Shown here: positions 20,337-29,947 of the stretch, in pieces
Layout: each line of letters starts with the position of its first letter
Position numbering within the stretch: position 1 is the stretch's first letter
Assembly (NCBI GenBank): GCA_049424145.1
Contig: JBMSSC010000005.1
Coordinates: forward strand, 1 to 48,327
Source of the DNA: Bdellovibrionia bacterium
GTDB taxonomy: Bacteria; Bdellovibrionota; UBA1018
Length of the DNA: 48,327 nt
Reading direction: 5' to 3'
Made by a program: the position numbers and the translations under genes
The notes under the pieces: model-generated
The model's database searches: none
What the model saw: only the letters and a program-made list of their open reading frames with translations
What the model was told of the DNA's origin: nothing

Positions 20337-21006
20337 GCGCTCGTTTGATCATCGACCATTGTCGTCCAGCCCCTGCTGCGTTCCGACGGTAGCTATGAAA
20401 CTGGGGATCCCTTGAGCAAAAAGTACAATACCGAAGCCGCTGGACTCTCTGCAGGCCGATCTGCTTGAGCTCGGCCTCATGGATCGCCTGCAAATCCAGC
20501 CGATCCGGCCGCGGCTCAATCCACTCCCCATGTGGATCCAGGTACAAAAACTCCTTCTTAAACTCCTTCACAAGCGCCGAGGACACCTGATAACAACAAG
20601 GACCAATGGCAGGCCCAATGGCCGCCACCCAATCCTTGGGGTTGTGACCTCGCTGATCAAACTCCTCCCAAAGCTTCACTAAACTGTGCTTCATCGTGCC
20701 TCGCCACCCCGCATGAACCGAGGCCACCCACTCACCCGAGCTTTGAGCCAGCAAGATGGGAACACAATCGGCCGTCATCACGCCCACAGGAAGACCCGCT
20801 TGATCCGTAAACAAAGTATCCACCTCCCCACAGGCTTGCCCAGGGCTCTGCACATAAGCCCAAGCCGTCCCGTGAACCTGGCGATGAACGGGAGAGGACT
20901 TCTTCCAGACTTCTATAAAATCCGACGGCACCGGCTCAAACGCTGAACCAAATCCATGCTGAATGTTGGGAATGGATAAGAGCAACTCACTTTGTAGCGT
21001 CATCAT
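20299..21006 (-). CDS. pgeF: PgeF/YfiH family (peptidoglycan editing factor / purine nucleoside phosphorylase)
   Basis: QVHG, TADCVPILL, HAGWRG, IGPAIGPCCY, CT.C, SYRR and GRQ. Confidence 0.93.
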   Translation of the reverse strand: MMTLQSELLLSIPNIQHGFGSAFEPVPSDFIEVWKKSSPVHRQVHGTAWAYVQSPGQACGEVDTLFTDQAGLPVGVMTADCVPILLAQSSGEWVASVHAGWRGTMKHSLVKLWEEFDQRGHNPKDWVAAIGPAIGPCCYQVSSALVKEFKKEFLYLDPHGEWIEPRPDRLDLQAIHEAELKQIGLQRVQRLRYCTFCSRDPQFHSYRRNAAGAGRQWSMIKRALSRTAPGRSKDS

Positions 21007-21133
21007 TCACGACGTCCTTCCGCAGGGTCAAAACGACCTGCGTTTTAACTGAGCTGTTGGAATCTCCTCGTTCAGCTGGACTTCTCATGATATTTTCTCC
21101 CCTGCTATTTTAAAACGAAGGGATTCGTAAACT

Positions 21134-21928
21134 ATGGACTCCATTACTCAGTTCTTAAACCAGCTTCTGCAAGCCAACGGCGCCACCTTGGGTTGGGGCG
21201 ATGCTGGGATTGCTCTTGTTTTTGCCTACTTGGGTGGGATTTTGTCAAGTCTCACTCCTTGCGTGTACCCGATGATTCCGATTACCATCGGCGTCGTCGG
21301 TGGAGTGAATCCGGTAGAGCGATCCTGGAGCCAAGTGTTCTTAAGAAGCCTGTCCTACGTCTTGGGGATGACTGTGGTTTACTCTTTTTTGGGAATCCTA
21401 GCCGGCTTAAGTGGACGCGTGTTTGGGTCCTTCACCCAAACCTCAGGCTGGTACATGACCTTAGGGACCATCATGACGTTTGCCGCCTTAGTCATGCTGG
21501 AGATTCTTCCGTTTGACCCGGGGGCGTGGTGGGCCAAACTCAGACAAAAACTCAGTTCCTCTCGACCTGCTTTCGGAACGCCCTCCACCCCAAAACTTGG
21601 AGCAGAAATGACTGCCTTAGGCGCTTTTTTTCTCGGTTCTTCCTCAGGCTTAATTGCAGCCCCCTGCACAACTCCCGTTCTCACCTCAATTTTAGCCTAC
21701 ATCGCTAAGACTCAATCCGTAGGCCTAGGCTTTTCTCTCATGATTTGCTTCTCCCTGGGCTTGGGAACCCTGCTGCTTGTGATTGCAACCTTCACAGGTG
21801 CCTTACAAGTGCTCCCCAAATCCGGTCAGTGGATGAAAACCCTGAAAGCCATCAGTGGACTCATCTTACTTGCCTTTGCTGAGTATCTCATTTACCAATC
21901 AGGTCGATTGGGAGGTTTCTCACGATGA
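21134..21928 (+). CDS. ccdA: CcdA / DsbD-type transmembrane electron transporter (TM domain only)
   Basis: SLTPCVYPMIP and APCTTPVL redox Cys motifs, PKSGQWM; no periplasmic domains. Confidence 0.88.
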   Translation: MDSITQFLNQLLQANGATLGWGDAGIALVFAYLGGILSSLTPCVYPMIPITIGVVGGVNPVERSWSQVFLRSLSYVLGMTVVYSFLGILAGLSGRVFGSFTQTSGWYMTLGTIMTFAALVMLEILPFDPGAWWAKLRQKLSSSRPAFGTPSTPKLGAEMTALGAFFLGSSSGLIAAPCTTPVLTSILAYIAKTQSVGLGFSLMICFSLGLGTLLLVIATFTGALQVLPKSGQWMKTLKAISGLILLAFAEYLIYQSGRLGGFSR

Positions 21929-23157
21929 GCCGATCGTCAAACCCTGCTGAAAAGAAAAAACACTCCGACACGATGCTCAACCCCGTCAGCTCGCGCTGGC
22001 TCTTATGGGCCATGAATTTACTGAGCATCGCAGGCGTCGTTCTAAGCGCCATCATGACGCGGCATTTTTATGACCTAAGAAATGGTACGGCAGGATTTAA
22101 GTCTTTTTGTAACTTAGCCGCCTCGTTCAACTGCGATCAAGTGGCACTCAGTCGATATGCGGAGCTCTTTTGGGGAATTCCGCTCTCCTCATTGGCCCTA
22201 GGCTGGTACTTGGGCTTCTTCTTCATCAGTCTCCTTGGGCACCGAATCTTCTGGAGACGCGAGGTGATTCGAGCAGCCTTCGTGCTGTCCTCAATTGCCG
22301 TGAGCTTTTCACTCCCCTACGTAGGGATTATGGCCTTTCAGCTCAAAACGTTTTGTCTTTTCTGCCTCATCTTAGACGGTATTTCTCTGCTACTCTGGTT
22401 AGGCGTCACCTTGGGGCTTAAGCCTGAGGGACTTAAAAAGCAGCCCTTGGATCGGGGCAAATGGAAGGTGTTTTTTCCCATCCTAGGCACCACGCTCGTG
22501 CTCACATTGTTTTTCTCAAAAAGCCTAGGCGAGGCCTCAGGCCTAAGCCGAAAACTCACCGCAGCCGAACTTCAGGACATGGTTCAAAGCGTGCTTCAAT
22601 CCCCTCGACTAGAAGTGAAAACCTCACCTGAGTTTCCCTCTTTAGGCCCCAGCTCAGCTCCCATTACAATTGTGGAGTTCAGTGATTTTCAATGCCCATT
22701 TTGTAAGATTGCAGCCTATGCCTTAAACTCAGCCCTGCTGCCCGTGAGGGATCAAGTGCGCGTTGAGTTTAGAAACTTCCCCCTGGACTCTGCCTGTAAC
22801 CCAAAAATCACCTCCACGTTTCATCCCGTAGCTTGTGAAGCAGCCCAAGTAGCCCTTTGCGCCCATCGTCAAGGACGCTTTGAATCCGTATACGAAACCC
22901 TCTTTGACCATCAAAGTAGCTTCGCGCCCGGAAAACCCCTAGAGCTTGCAACCCAGCTGGGACTGCATGCCCCAGAACTGCAAAGCTGCATGAGCTCTCC
23001 CCAAATCGCACTTCAGATCGAACACGACATTCAGGAGGCCTCGGTTTTAGGCGTCAACTCCACGCCCACCTTTTTTGTGAACGGCTACAAGGTCGAGGGA
23101 GCACTGCCGGTTGAGTTTTGGAACGCCCTCTTTCAACAGTGGATCAAAAATCAATGA
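21925..23157 (+). CDS. VKOR-DsbA (thioredoxin-fold) fusion
   Basis: VKOR loop Cys pair (SFCN..NCDQVALSRYA) and CLFC; C-terminal IVEFSDFQCPFC and GVNSTPTFFVNG. Confidence 0.92.
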   Translation: MSRSSNPAEKKKHSDTMLNPVSSRWLLWAMNLLSIAGVVLSAIMTRHFYDLRNGTAGFKSFCNLAASFNCDQVALSRYAELFWGIPLSSLALGWYLGFFFISLLGHRIFWRREVIRAAFVLSSIAVSFSLPYVGIMAFQLKTFCLFCLILDGISLLLWLGVTLGLKPEGLKKQPLDRGKWKVFFPILGTTLVLTLFFSKSLGEASGLSRKLTAAELQDMVQSVLQSPRLEVKTSPEFPSLGPSSAPITIVEFSDFQCPFCKIAAYALNSALLPVRDQVRVEFRNFPLDSACNPKITSTFHPVACEAAQVALCAHRQGRFESVYETLFDHQSSFAPGKPLELATQLGLHAPELQSCMSSPQIALQIEHDIQEASVLGVNSTPTFFVNGYKVEGALPVEFWNALFQQWIKNQ

Positions 23158-23993
23158 ACTCTCCGAACGCAACCCAAACCCCAGGTCTTATCGATACTCA
23201 CTGCCACCTCAACTACGACTACTCACCTAAAAGCGTTCAGACCCTCCTCAAGGAGGCTGGCCAGGCGGGTGTGGAAACCCTCATCACCATTGGAACTGAA
23301 CTCGCGTCGATTGAGGCCATCCAACACCTCTCGGAGACTCATGAGGCGATCTTTCACACGGTGGGGATCCACCCCCACGAAGCTCAGACTTTTCAAACCA
23401 GTGACCTAGCCCTATTGGAGAAAGCTGCCCGTCATCCCAAGTGCCGAGCCATCGGTGAGATTGGCTTAGACTACTACTACACCCACGCCCCTCAAGAGGC
23501 TCAAAAAGAAATGCTCCACCACCAACTGGAGCTTGCGCTTCGAGTTGAAAAACCCGTGGTGATCCATAGCCGGGATGCCGAGGACGATCTGCTTGCAGCG
23601 CTCGCCTCTTATGCCAAAAAACTTCCCTCCTCTGCGATCCCAGGGATCATTCACTGCTTCAGTGGAACCCAACGCTTTGGGGAGGCCTGTTTAGATTTAG
23701 GCTTTTACCTTTCGTTTTCAGGTATCCTGACGTTTAAGAAAGCCGATGAGCTCAGGACCCTAGCCGAACGCTTCCCCTTGGATCGTATGCTCGTGGAGAC
23801 GGACGCCCCGTATTTGGCTCCCGTCCCCCACCGCGGTCAAAAGTGTGAGCCCTCCATGGTGAAACTGACGGCCATGAAACTGGCTCAAATCAAAAACATT
23901 TCCTTTGAAGAAGTCGCAAGAGTCACCACTCGAAACGCTCAAGCGATCTTTCAAATTCCACAACGGCAACCCAGTGTTTTAGGAGGAGCTTGA
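23154..23993 (+). CDS. tatD: TatD-family nuclease
   Basis: IDTHCHL, GIHPH, IGEIGLDY, HSR, HCFSG and ETDAPY; ATGA overlap at 23154. Confidence 0.94.
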   Translation: MNSPNATQTPGLIDTHCHLNYDYSPKSVQTLLKEAGQAGVETLITIGTELASIEAIQHLSETHEAIFHTVGIHPHEAQTFQTSDLALLEKAARHPKCRAIGEIGLDYYYTHAPQEAQKEMLHHQLELALRVEKPVVIHSRDAEDDLLAALASYAKKLPSSAIPGIIHCFSGTQRFGEACLDLGFYLSFSGILTFKKADELRTLAERFPLDRMLVETDAPYLAPVPHRGQKCEPSMVKLTAMKLAQIKNISFEEVARVTTRNAQAIFQIPQRQPSVLGGA

Positions 23994-25001
23994 GCCCTGC
24001 TGCTCCATGGCTTTCGCTAGAATCCAATCCGGTTTATAAAAAAACCGTTCATAATTTCGATTCAACGCCGTCCAACGCCCTGGATTCTGATCTTTTTCCA
24101 TAAACTTTCCAATTGCATTCATCTTGGAGTCCAGATCATCCACCATGTGAACCACTAAGGCTTCCAAACACAGAGGCTCCTTCGGTGAGCCGTACTCAAG
24201 CTTTCCGTGATGAGCTAAGATGAGGTGCTTGACGAGCAGCTTTTTCTCCAGAGGAAAGGCACCCCGAAGTCGCCCAGGCTGAGCCTCAAGCTCCCTGACT
24301 TTTCGTTCCACCATCTCCACGCCCATGACCAAATGCCCAATGAGCTGTCCTTCTGTGGTGTATTCCGTCAGTCGATCATAAGAGAGCTCCCAAATCTTCC
24401 CAATATCGTGAAAAAAGCCTCCTAAGAACAGTAAGTCTCGATCCAAGGCTTTTCCGTAGTGCCGAGCCAGTTGGTCCAAGATTTGAGTGATGGAGAGCAC
24501 ATGCTCCAGGAGCCCCCCTGGGTAGGCATGATGAATGCTCCGAGCAGCAGGCGCTTTTTTCATTCGCTCCATAATCTCGGCATCTTCTTTTAAAACCGCC
24601 TCGGCCAAAGCCTTATAATCGGGATCCTGCATGGAATCCACCTGCGCCAATAACTCAGCATAAAGCGCGTCCACATCCAGTGCGGATGCTGCGACATACT
24701 CTTTCACATCCACTTCATCTTCCCTGAGCAACTGAAGCTTTTGAATGACCACTTGCTTACGCCCTTGATAAGTCTGACACCGGCCTTCGACCCACACAAA
24801 CTGATCCCGAACGGCTTGCCCCACGTACTGACTTACGTCCTCCCACAGGCGAGCTTCAATCTCCCCGGTCTTATCCAAGAAAACCAAGTTCATGTAAGGC
24901 TTCCCATTCTTACCCAGCGCCGTTGCGCTGTATTTGATTAAGAACGAGGAGCTCACGGCTTCTTTATCTTTGATATCTTTTACGTATTGGTTTTTTTTCA
25001 T
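23979..25001 (-). CDS. yhaM: 3'-5' exoribonuclease YhaM family (OB fold plus HD domain)
   Basis: DKTGEIEARLW, PAARSIHHAYPGGLLEH, HDIGK, HHGKLEYGSP and DDLDSK. Confidence 0.93.
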   Translation of the reverse strand: MKKNQYVKDIKDKEAVSSSFLIKYSATALGKNGKPYMNLVFLDKTGEIEARLWEDVSQYVGQAVRDQFVWVEGRCQTYQGRKQVVIQKLQLLREDEVDVKEYVAASALDVDALYAELLAQVDSMQDPDYKALAEAVLKEDAEIMERMKKAPAARSIHHAYPGGLLEHVLSITQILDQLARHYGKALDRDLLFLGGFFHDIGKIWELSYDRLTEYTTEGQLIGHLVMGVEMVERKVRELEAQPGRLRGAFPLEKKLLVKHLILAHHGKLEYGSPKEPLCLEALVVHMVDDLDSKMNAIGKFMEKDQNPGRWTALNRNYERFFYKPDWILAKAMEQQGSSSS

Positions 25002-25592
25002 GTCACTCTTTCAGGGGCTTAAGCCTGAGTTTTGAATCTCTCTCCTCCACTCGAACGTTTCGAGCGAGAACTTCCATTCGGACTCAAGCCGCCATTCTCC
25101 TTATGGGTCAAATTTTTTCGTTTTCATCCGGACTCTCCATGAGCCACTTGCTCAAAACCCGAGCATCCAAGCGGTGTTTGCCCTGGAGTCACCCGGATCG
25201 CGCTGAACATCCTGCGTCCCCTTTTTTTTGAACAAAGGGCATTTCAGACCTCGGTACAAAAGAACTCGGGCGACAGATCTCGTTCTGCTTTGTTTTCTTT
25301 TCTCAACGCTGAGGGATTTTTTATGGCTTGGTGATCGCCTTTCATTCCTGAGCAAACCCTGAGTCAAAGAACCGAGCGCAGGAGTACTTGAGTCGCCACA
25401 ATTAGGCAAGCGGAAAGGGGATCGAAATTGGATTCCTCAGGATGAGGTTCAGCTCAGAGAGGAGCAGACCCCTTCTTTGCGAAAAAGCAAAAAGAACCTT
25501 TGTCTTCACTCGAATCTTGTTAGAAACTTCGGTAATCAGAAAACCAGGGCATTGACCCATTTTTTTGAAACCTTTTTTTTGGAATTTTTTTT

Positions 25593-26696
25593 ATGATCCG
25601 CACTTATGATCCTGAAACCCAGACTTCTTCGTCCTCCTCTGCCATTCACTGGAACTGGCTAACGCTTGGGGGGCGTGACGCTCAAGATTTTCTTCACCGA
25701 CTTTCCACCGTTCACGTGAAAGCCCTCCAGCCTGGCCAAGGAAAACCCGGATGCATCTTAAACGCCCAAGGAAAAATCCGAGCCTCTTTTATGCTGTGGA
25801 ACCTAAAGAAAGACCTTTATGCTTTTGAGTGGGACGGAGGTCAACTGAACCAAGGACGCTTGAGCCTCATCTCGCTCATCGATGAGCTCACGTTTGGAGA
25901 AAAAATGGAGCTCAAAAACCCCAGCACCCCTGTTCGCTGCCTTTGGCTTTGGGGTGAAGACGAAGAACTGCAGGCGTTAATCCCGGAACTCCCCACAGCT
26001 GGACACGTGCTTGAAATCCCCCTGCCACAGGAGGCAGCTGGGCTTGCAGGAGAAACCCCGTCACTCCACCTGGGTCATCACGGAAAAACTCAATTCGGGC
26101 GAACCTGGCTTACACTCTGGGGAGAACCGCAGAACCTCAATCGGTGGCTGAAGGACCGACTTCAGCACTGCGGCTTAAACACCCAATCCGTTGAGCTCCA
26201 GGAAATGGAGCAGTGGCGAATCCAAGCCTTACGCCCCCGGGTTGACTTTGAAATCACAACGCAGGCCAATCCCCTGGAAATTGGACTTCGCGATGCCATC
26301 TCCGATCAAAAAGGGTGTTACCCCGGCCAGGAAGTCATTGAAAGAACCCTTGCTTTGGGCTCACCCGCAAGGAATCTGGTTCAAATTGAAGGCACGGGTC
26401 CTGCGCCCACGGTTGGAGAGCCCCTCTGGGATGCCTCTGGATCTCTCACCACACCCCAACTCAGGGAAAGTGAGGCAGATGCCTCCCGTCCAGCCCTAGA
26501 AGTCGGGGTAGTCACTTCCAGTCAACCCCTCTTCTGCAGACCCTCTGGCCAGTCAACCGCTGAATCCTTCATTGCCTTAGCTTTGGTGCGAAAAACCCAT
26601 GCAAAAAAAGGAGCCCCCCTTGCCTTTCAAAAACCCCTCAACGGACGAGGAACCGTGGTTCAAATTGCCCCTTATGCTGAGAAAGGCTCTCCCTAG
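25593..26696 (+). CDS. ygfZ: YgfZ/GcvT-family folate-binding Fe-S maturation protein
   Basis: GRDAQDFLHRL, LNAQGKI and the signature KGCYPGQEV. Confidence 0.88.
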   Translation: MIRTYDPETQTSSSSSAIHWNWLTLGGRDAQDFLHRLSTVHVKALQPGQGKPGCILNAQGKIRASFMLWNLKKDLYAFEWDGGQLNQGRLSLISLIDELTFGEKMELKNPSTPVRCLWLWGEDEELQALIPELPTAGHVLEIPLPQEAAGLAGETPSLHLGHHGKTQFGRTWLTLWGEPQNLNRWLKDRLQHCGLNTQSVELQEMEQWRIQALRPRVDFEITTQANPLEIGLRDAISDQKGCYPGQEVIERTLALGSPARNLVQIEGTGPAPTVGEPLWDASGSLTTPQLRESEADASRPALEVGVVTSSQPLFCRPSGQSTAESFIALALVRKTHAKKGAPLAFQKPLNGRGTVVQIAPYAEKGSP

Positions 26697-29600
26697 CCTC
26701 CTGTCCTTATTTTTCAAAGGCGGGGCTCCACACCGAGCCCGCCTTTTGTTTCTTTTCGTGCTTGCGGCCTTCTTCACTCCAACCGCCCACAGCTCTCCTC
26801 TCATTCTTACCAATCCATTTCCCTACCTTGAGCCCTTTGCTTTCTCCCCTTTTTATGATTGGAAAACCCTCAAGAGTGATCATTTTCTCATCTACTTCTC
26901 CCAAGAAAACCAAGAGATCGCCACTCGCTCGGCTCGCTACTTAGAAGAAGCCCACGCCTTGCTCTCTCCCCTGCTGCATTGGACACCCGCTCATCCCGTC
27001 AAAGTCTTTTTGCTCGACAATCAGGACATGGCCAATGGGATGACCACCCCCCTCCTGCAGCTGGGCATCGTGCTTTGGTCAACGCCCCCTGACTCCACTG
27101 AAAGCCTGACTTTTTATGACGATTGGCTCAAGCTCCTAGTCATCCACGAATATACCCACTATTTACATCTCGACACCACCCATGGCGTTTGGCAAACCCT
27201 GCGCACCCTTTGGGGAGATCTCCTGCTTCCCAACGGAATGCTTCCCAAATGGATGATTGAAGGACTCGCCGTCTACATGGAGACACGACTCACCGCAGGG
27301 GGCCGAGGCAGAAGCCCGCATTACGACATGATCTTAAGAGCTGCAGTAGAGGAGAACCGCCTCGACTCCCCCTCTTTTATTTCTCTAGATCGAATCACAA
27401 GCCCAATTCCCTATTACCCCGATGGTGATATTCCCTATGTTTTTGGTTACCACCTCATGAGCCAGCTTGCCAAAAGCACCCCTCAGGGTTCTTGGACTTT
27501 AGGGGAACTCTCCCATGAATCTGCAAAAAGCTTTCCTCTTCTGATTAATCAGCATTTAGAGAATCTCACGCAAAAAAACTGGTATGATTATTGGAATGAA
27601 TGGAAAGAAACCTCTCGAGTCCGCGCTGAGCGCTCCCTTGAAATCATCCGATCCAAGCCACTGACGAAATTCGAACTCATCACGGAGCGTGACCCAAAAA
27701 TCAGCAATGAGGTCTTTGGGTCTGCTCTATCGCCCGATGAAACTTGGCTTGCTTATACTTTAAAATCGGCCGATCGAAGATCGGGTCTCTTCCTTCGCAA
27801 CTTAAAAACACGGGAGGTCACGCGATTGGACGATAAACTCGGAGGCTTCGGCATGAGCTTCACCTCCGACTCCCAAGCCTTGATTTATAGTGAGCTCAAT
27901 CGACTGCATGTGTTTGACTTTTTCAGTGACCTGAAGGTTTTGGATTTAAAAACTCGTCAATTCACTCTCCTCACTCAGGGACTCAGAGCCAAGGATCCCG
28001 ATGTCTCGCGCGATGACCAATGGGTCACCTTCACCCTTTCAGAACACTACTCGACGATTCTCGCTCGGGCCCCCCTGCTGCACGAGGATCAAGGGTGGAG
28101 ACTCGGTCCGATTGAAAAAATCTTGATTCCAGAAGCCTTCGATCGAATCGCAAACCCAAAGTTTTCCGCTGATGGAAAAAAGATTTTTTTTAATCTCCAT
28201 CGAAACGGAAAGTTCCAAGAGGACCTGATGGTTTTGGATTTAAGCACTCAGCAGAGCACGCCTGTGATCTCCGATGGCTTCTTCAACCGATTTCCTGCCA
28301 TCAATAGCCAAGGAGACCTCTTTTATGTCTCCAACCAAACGGGCGTGGATCTCCTGTATCGCTATGACCCAAAGACTCAAACTGGAAAGCCTGCCTTAAA
28401 TGTCACCACAGGGATTGCACTGCCAAGCTTTTATCCCCGCTCCAAACCCAACGAAGTCTATGCAAGTCTGTTTTCGACCTCAGGATGGGATCTGGCTTAC
28501 TTCCAACTCAATGACGAAAACCAAACCGAAAGCCCCCCCAAACTTTCTCCCCCTGAACTTCCCTCTGAATCCCTTCCCAAAGCCGCTGAAACTCAGCCCA
28601 CGCCTCCCCTTCAGACGGAGGACTATCAAGCACTCCCCACACTCCTGCCTCGAGTTTGGACTCCCCTGCTGTCGATTTCCCCCAACAGTGGAACTGACAT
28701 CGGTGCTCAGGTGATGGGATTTGATGCGACGAATCGTCATCGCTATGTGGCGGGAGGAAGTTTTAACACGCTGATTCAAAGCCCCGATGGCATGCTTCTT
28801 TACTCCAATCGCCTGCTGGGACCATCTGTGAATTTCAGTCTTCAATCCCTAACGACCGCCATCTCCCCGCTGGGCCCTTTAACGACTTACTCAAAACAAG
28901 ATCAAGCCTCCCTTTCTGCTTCTTATACGCTGCCTTCCACCTACTCCTGGCTCACGCCCTTTTTGTCACTGAGCGTCCAGAAGCTCTCCCAATCGTTTCG
29001 TATCCATCAGCAGGAGCTGACTCAACTCACCCAAGCCACCCCTCTGATGACCAACCTCGACATGGCCTTGAATTTTTCCACGGAAGAAGTCTCTCGCCTG
29101 GCTATTACCACAGAAGCAGGAAGCAATACCTTTGTCGGAGTTCGCACCACATTCTTCCCGAATGAAATCACCCACAAGGCGCTGTTGATCCATCAAGACT
29201 ACTTTCGCCTCACCCCTCACACGATTCTGAGTCCCTCCTTAAAGGCCCTGTGGAGCTCCAACTGGAACCCGGATCCGAACGCTTTTTTCTCCCCGAGCTC
29301 CTCGCTTTTAAATGGTCGAGTGGGGGGACTCATCCATCTTGGGGGCTCATCGTCAGATGGTTTCAATCGTCTGTGGATTCGAGGATACCCCGGGTTACAA
29401 CTCAGCTCAAAACTGGCAGGAGTGAGCGCCGTTGACCTGAAATTTCCCCTGGCTCGAATCTTCTCCGGCTGGGGCACCAACCCCTTGTTCTTGAATAATC
29501 TCGTGGGCTTTACTTTTTTAGAAACCAGTTTCCTGAGCACACCGGAAACGTTTGAACTTCTCCCCTCTTTGGGAGGAGGGGTGCGGCTCACGACTGAAAC

Positions 29601-29709
29601 GTTAAGATTACCCATCAGCCTGGGGATTGAGTTTCATCAAGGGCTCAGTCAAAAATATAACGGCACCTCGGATCTCATCTTCAGTCTCAGTGCACAAGTG
29701 CCCACTTGA
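26674..29709 (+). CDS. Outer-membrane protein: metallopeptidase-like domain, TolB/PD40 propeller and Omp85-like barrel
   Basis: Signal peptide ending AHS; HEYTH..EGLA gluzincin-like motif; repeats SPDETWLAY, SRDDQWVTF, FSADGKKIFF; beta-rich C-terminus with IRGYP. Start ATG 26674 preferred. Confidence 0.8.
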   Translation: MLRKALPSLLSLFFKGGAPHRARLLFLFVLAAFFTPTAHSSPLILTNPFPYLEPFAFSPFYDWKTLKSDHFLIYFSQENQEIATRSARYLEEAHALLSPLLHWTPAHPVKVFLLDNQDMANGMTTPLLQLGIVLWSTPPDSTESLTFYDDWLKLLVIHEYTHYLHLDTTHGVWQTLRTLWGDLLLPNGMLPKWMIEGLAVYMETRLTAGGRGRSPHYDMILRAAVEENRLDSPSFISLDRITSPIPYYPDGDIPYVFGYHLMSQLAKSTPQGSWTLGELSHESAKSFPLLINQHLENLTQKNWYDYWNEWKETSRVRAERSLEIIRSKPLTKFELITERDPKISNEVFGSALSPDETWLAYTLKSADRRSGLFLRNLKTREVTRLDDKLGGFGMSFTSDSQALIYSELNRLHVFDFFSDLKVLDLKTRQFTLLTQGLRAKDPDVSRDDQWVTFTLSEHYSTILARAPLLHEDQGWRLGPIEKILIPEAFDRIANPKFSADGKKIFFNLHRNGKFQEDLMVLDLSTQQSTPVISDGFFNRFPAINSQGDLFYVSNQTGVDLLYRYDPKTQTGKPALNVTTGIALPSFYPRSKPNEVYASLFSTSGWDLAYFQLNDENQTESPPKLSPPELPSESLPKAAETQPTPPLQTEDYQALPTLLPRVWTPLLSISPNSGTDIGAQVMGFDATNRHRYVAGGSFNTLIQSPDGMLLYSNRLLGPSVNFSLQSLTTAISPLGPLTTYSKQDQASLSASYTLPSTYSWLTPFLSLSVQKLSQSFRIHQQELTQLTQATPLMTNLDMALNFSTEEVSRLAITTEAGSNTFVGVRTTFFPNEITHKALLIHQDYFRLTPHTILSPSLKALWSSNWNPDPNAFFSPSSSLLNGRVGGLIHLGGSSSDGFNRLWIRGYPGLQLSSKLAGVSAVDLKFPLARIFSGWGTNPLFLNNLVGFTFLETSFLSTPETFELLPSLGGGVRLTTETLRLPISLGIEFHQGLSQKYNGTSDLIFSLSAQVPT

Positions 29710-29947
29710 CAGGAGGCTGACCGTCTCCCATGGTCTCCCCCATTCACCTTAAAAAACGGACAGAAAAAATCAGCTTTCAATTTCACTCCTCGGACAAAAA
29801 AAATAGACTCAGTTTTTCTTCTCCTCCTGAAAAAGTGTTAAACTTTTTAAAACAGTCATAGTATGGGAAGAAGGAAAGATCTTGACGCCCCTTCTTCGAG
29901 AGCCTAAAGAAAGACTATTCTTCTGAGCTCTTTGAGTCATAATCCAT

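Noticed and set aside
25168..25181. 14-mer CAAGCGGTGTTTGC also present inverted near 40329-40342
   Set aside because: Chance 14-mer matches are expected within 48 kb, and there is no larger repeat.
25152..25409. 85-aa ORF in the yhaM-ygfZ gap
   Set aside because: TTG start, no SD and no motif; not supportable as a CDS.
25417..25440. GGGGATCGAAATTGGATTCC as a tmRNA or tRNA 5' end
   Set aside because: It lacks the GGATTCGAC continuation, and there is no T-arm/CCA 3' end downstream.
26599..26673. Long N-terminal extensions in the ORF track (also 6304, 13474, 17274, 23118, 37236)
   Set aside because: They overlap neighbouring genes or lack support. Downstream starts fit SD, coupling or signal peptides better.
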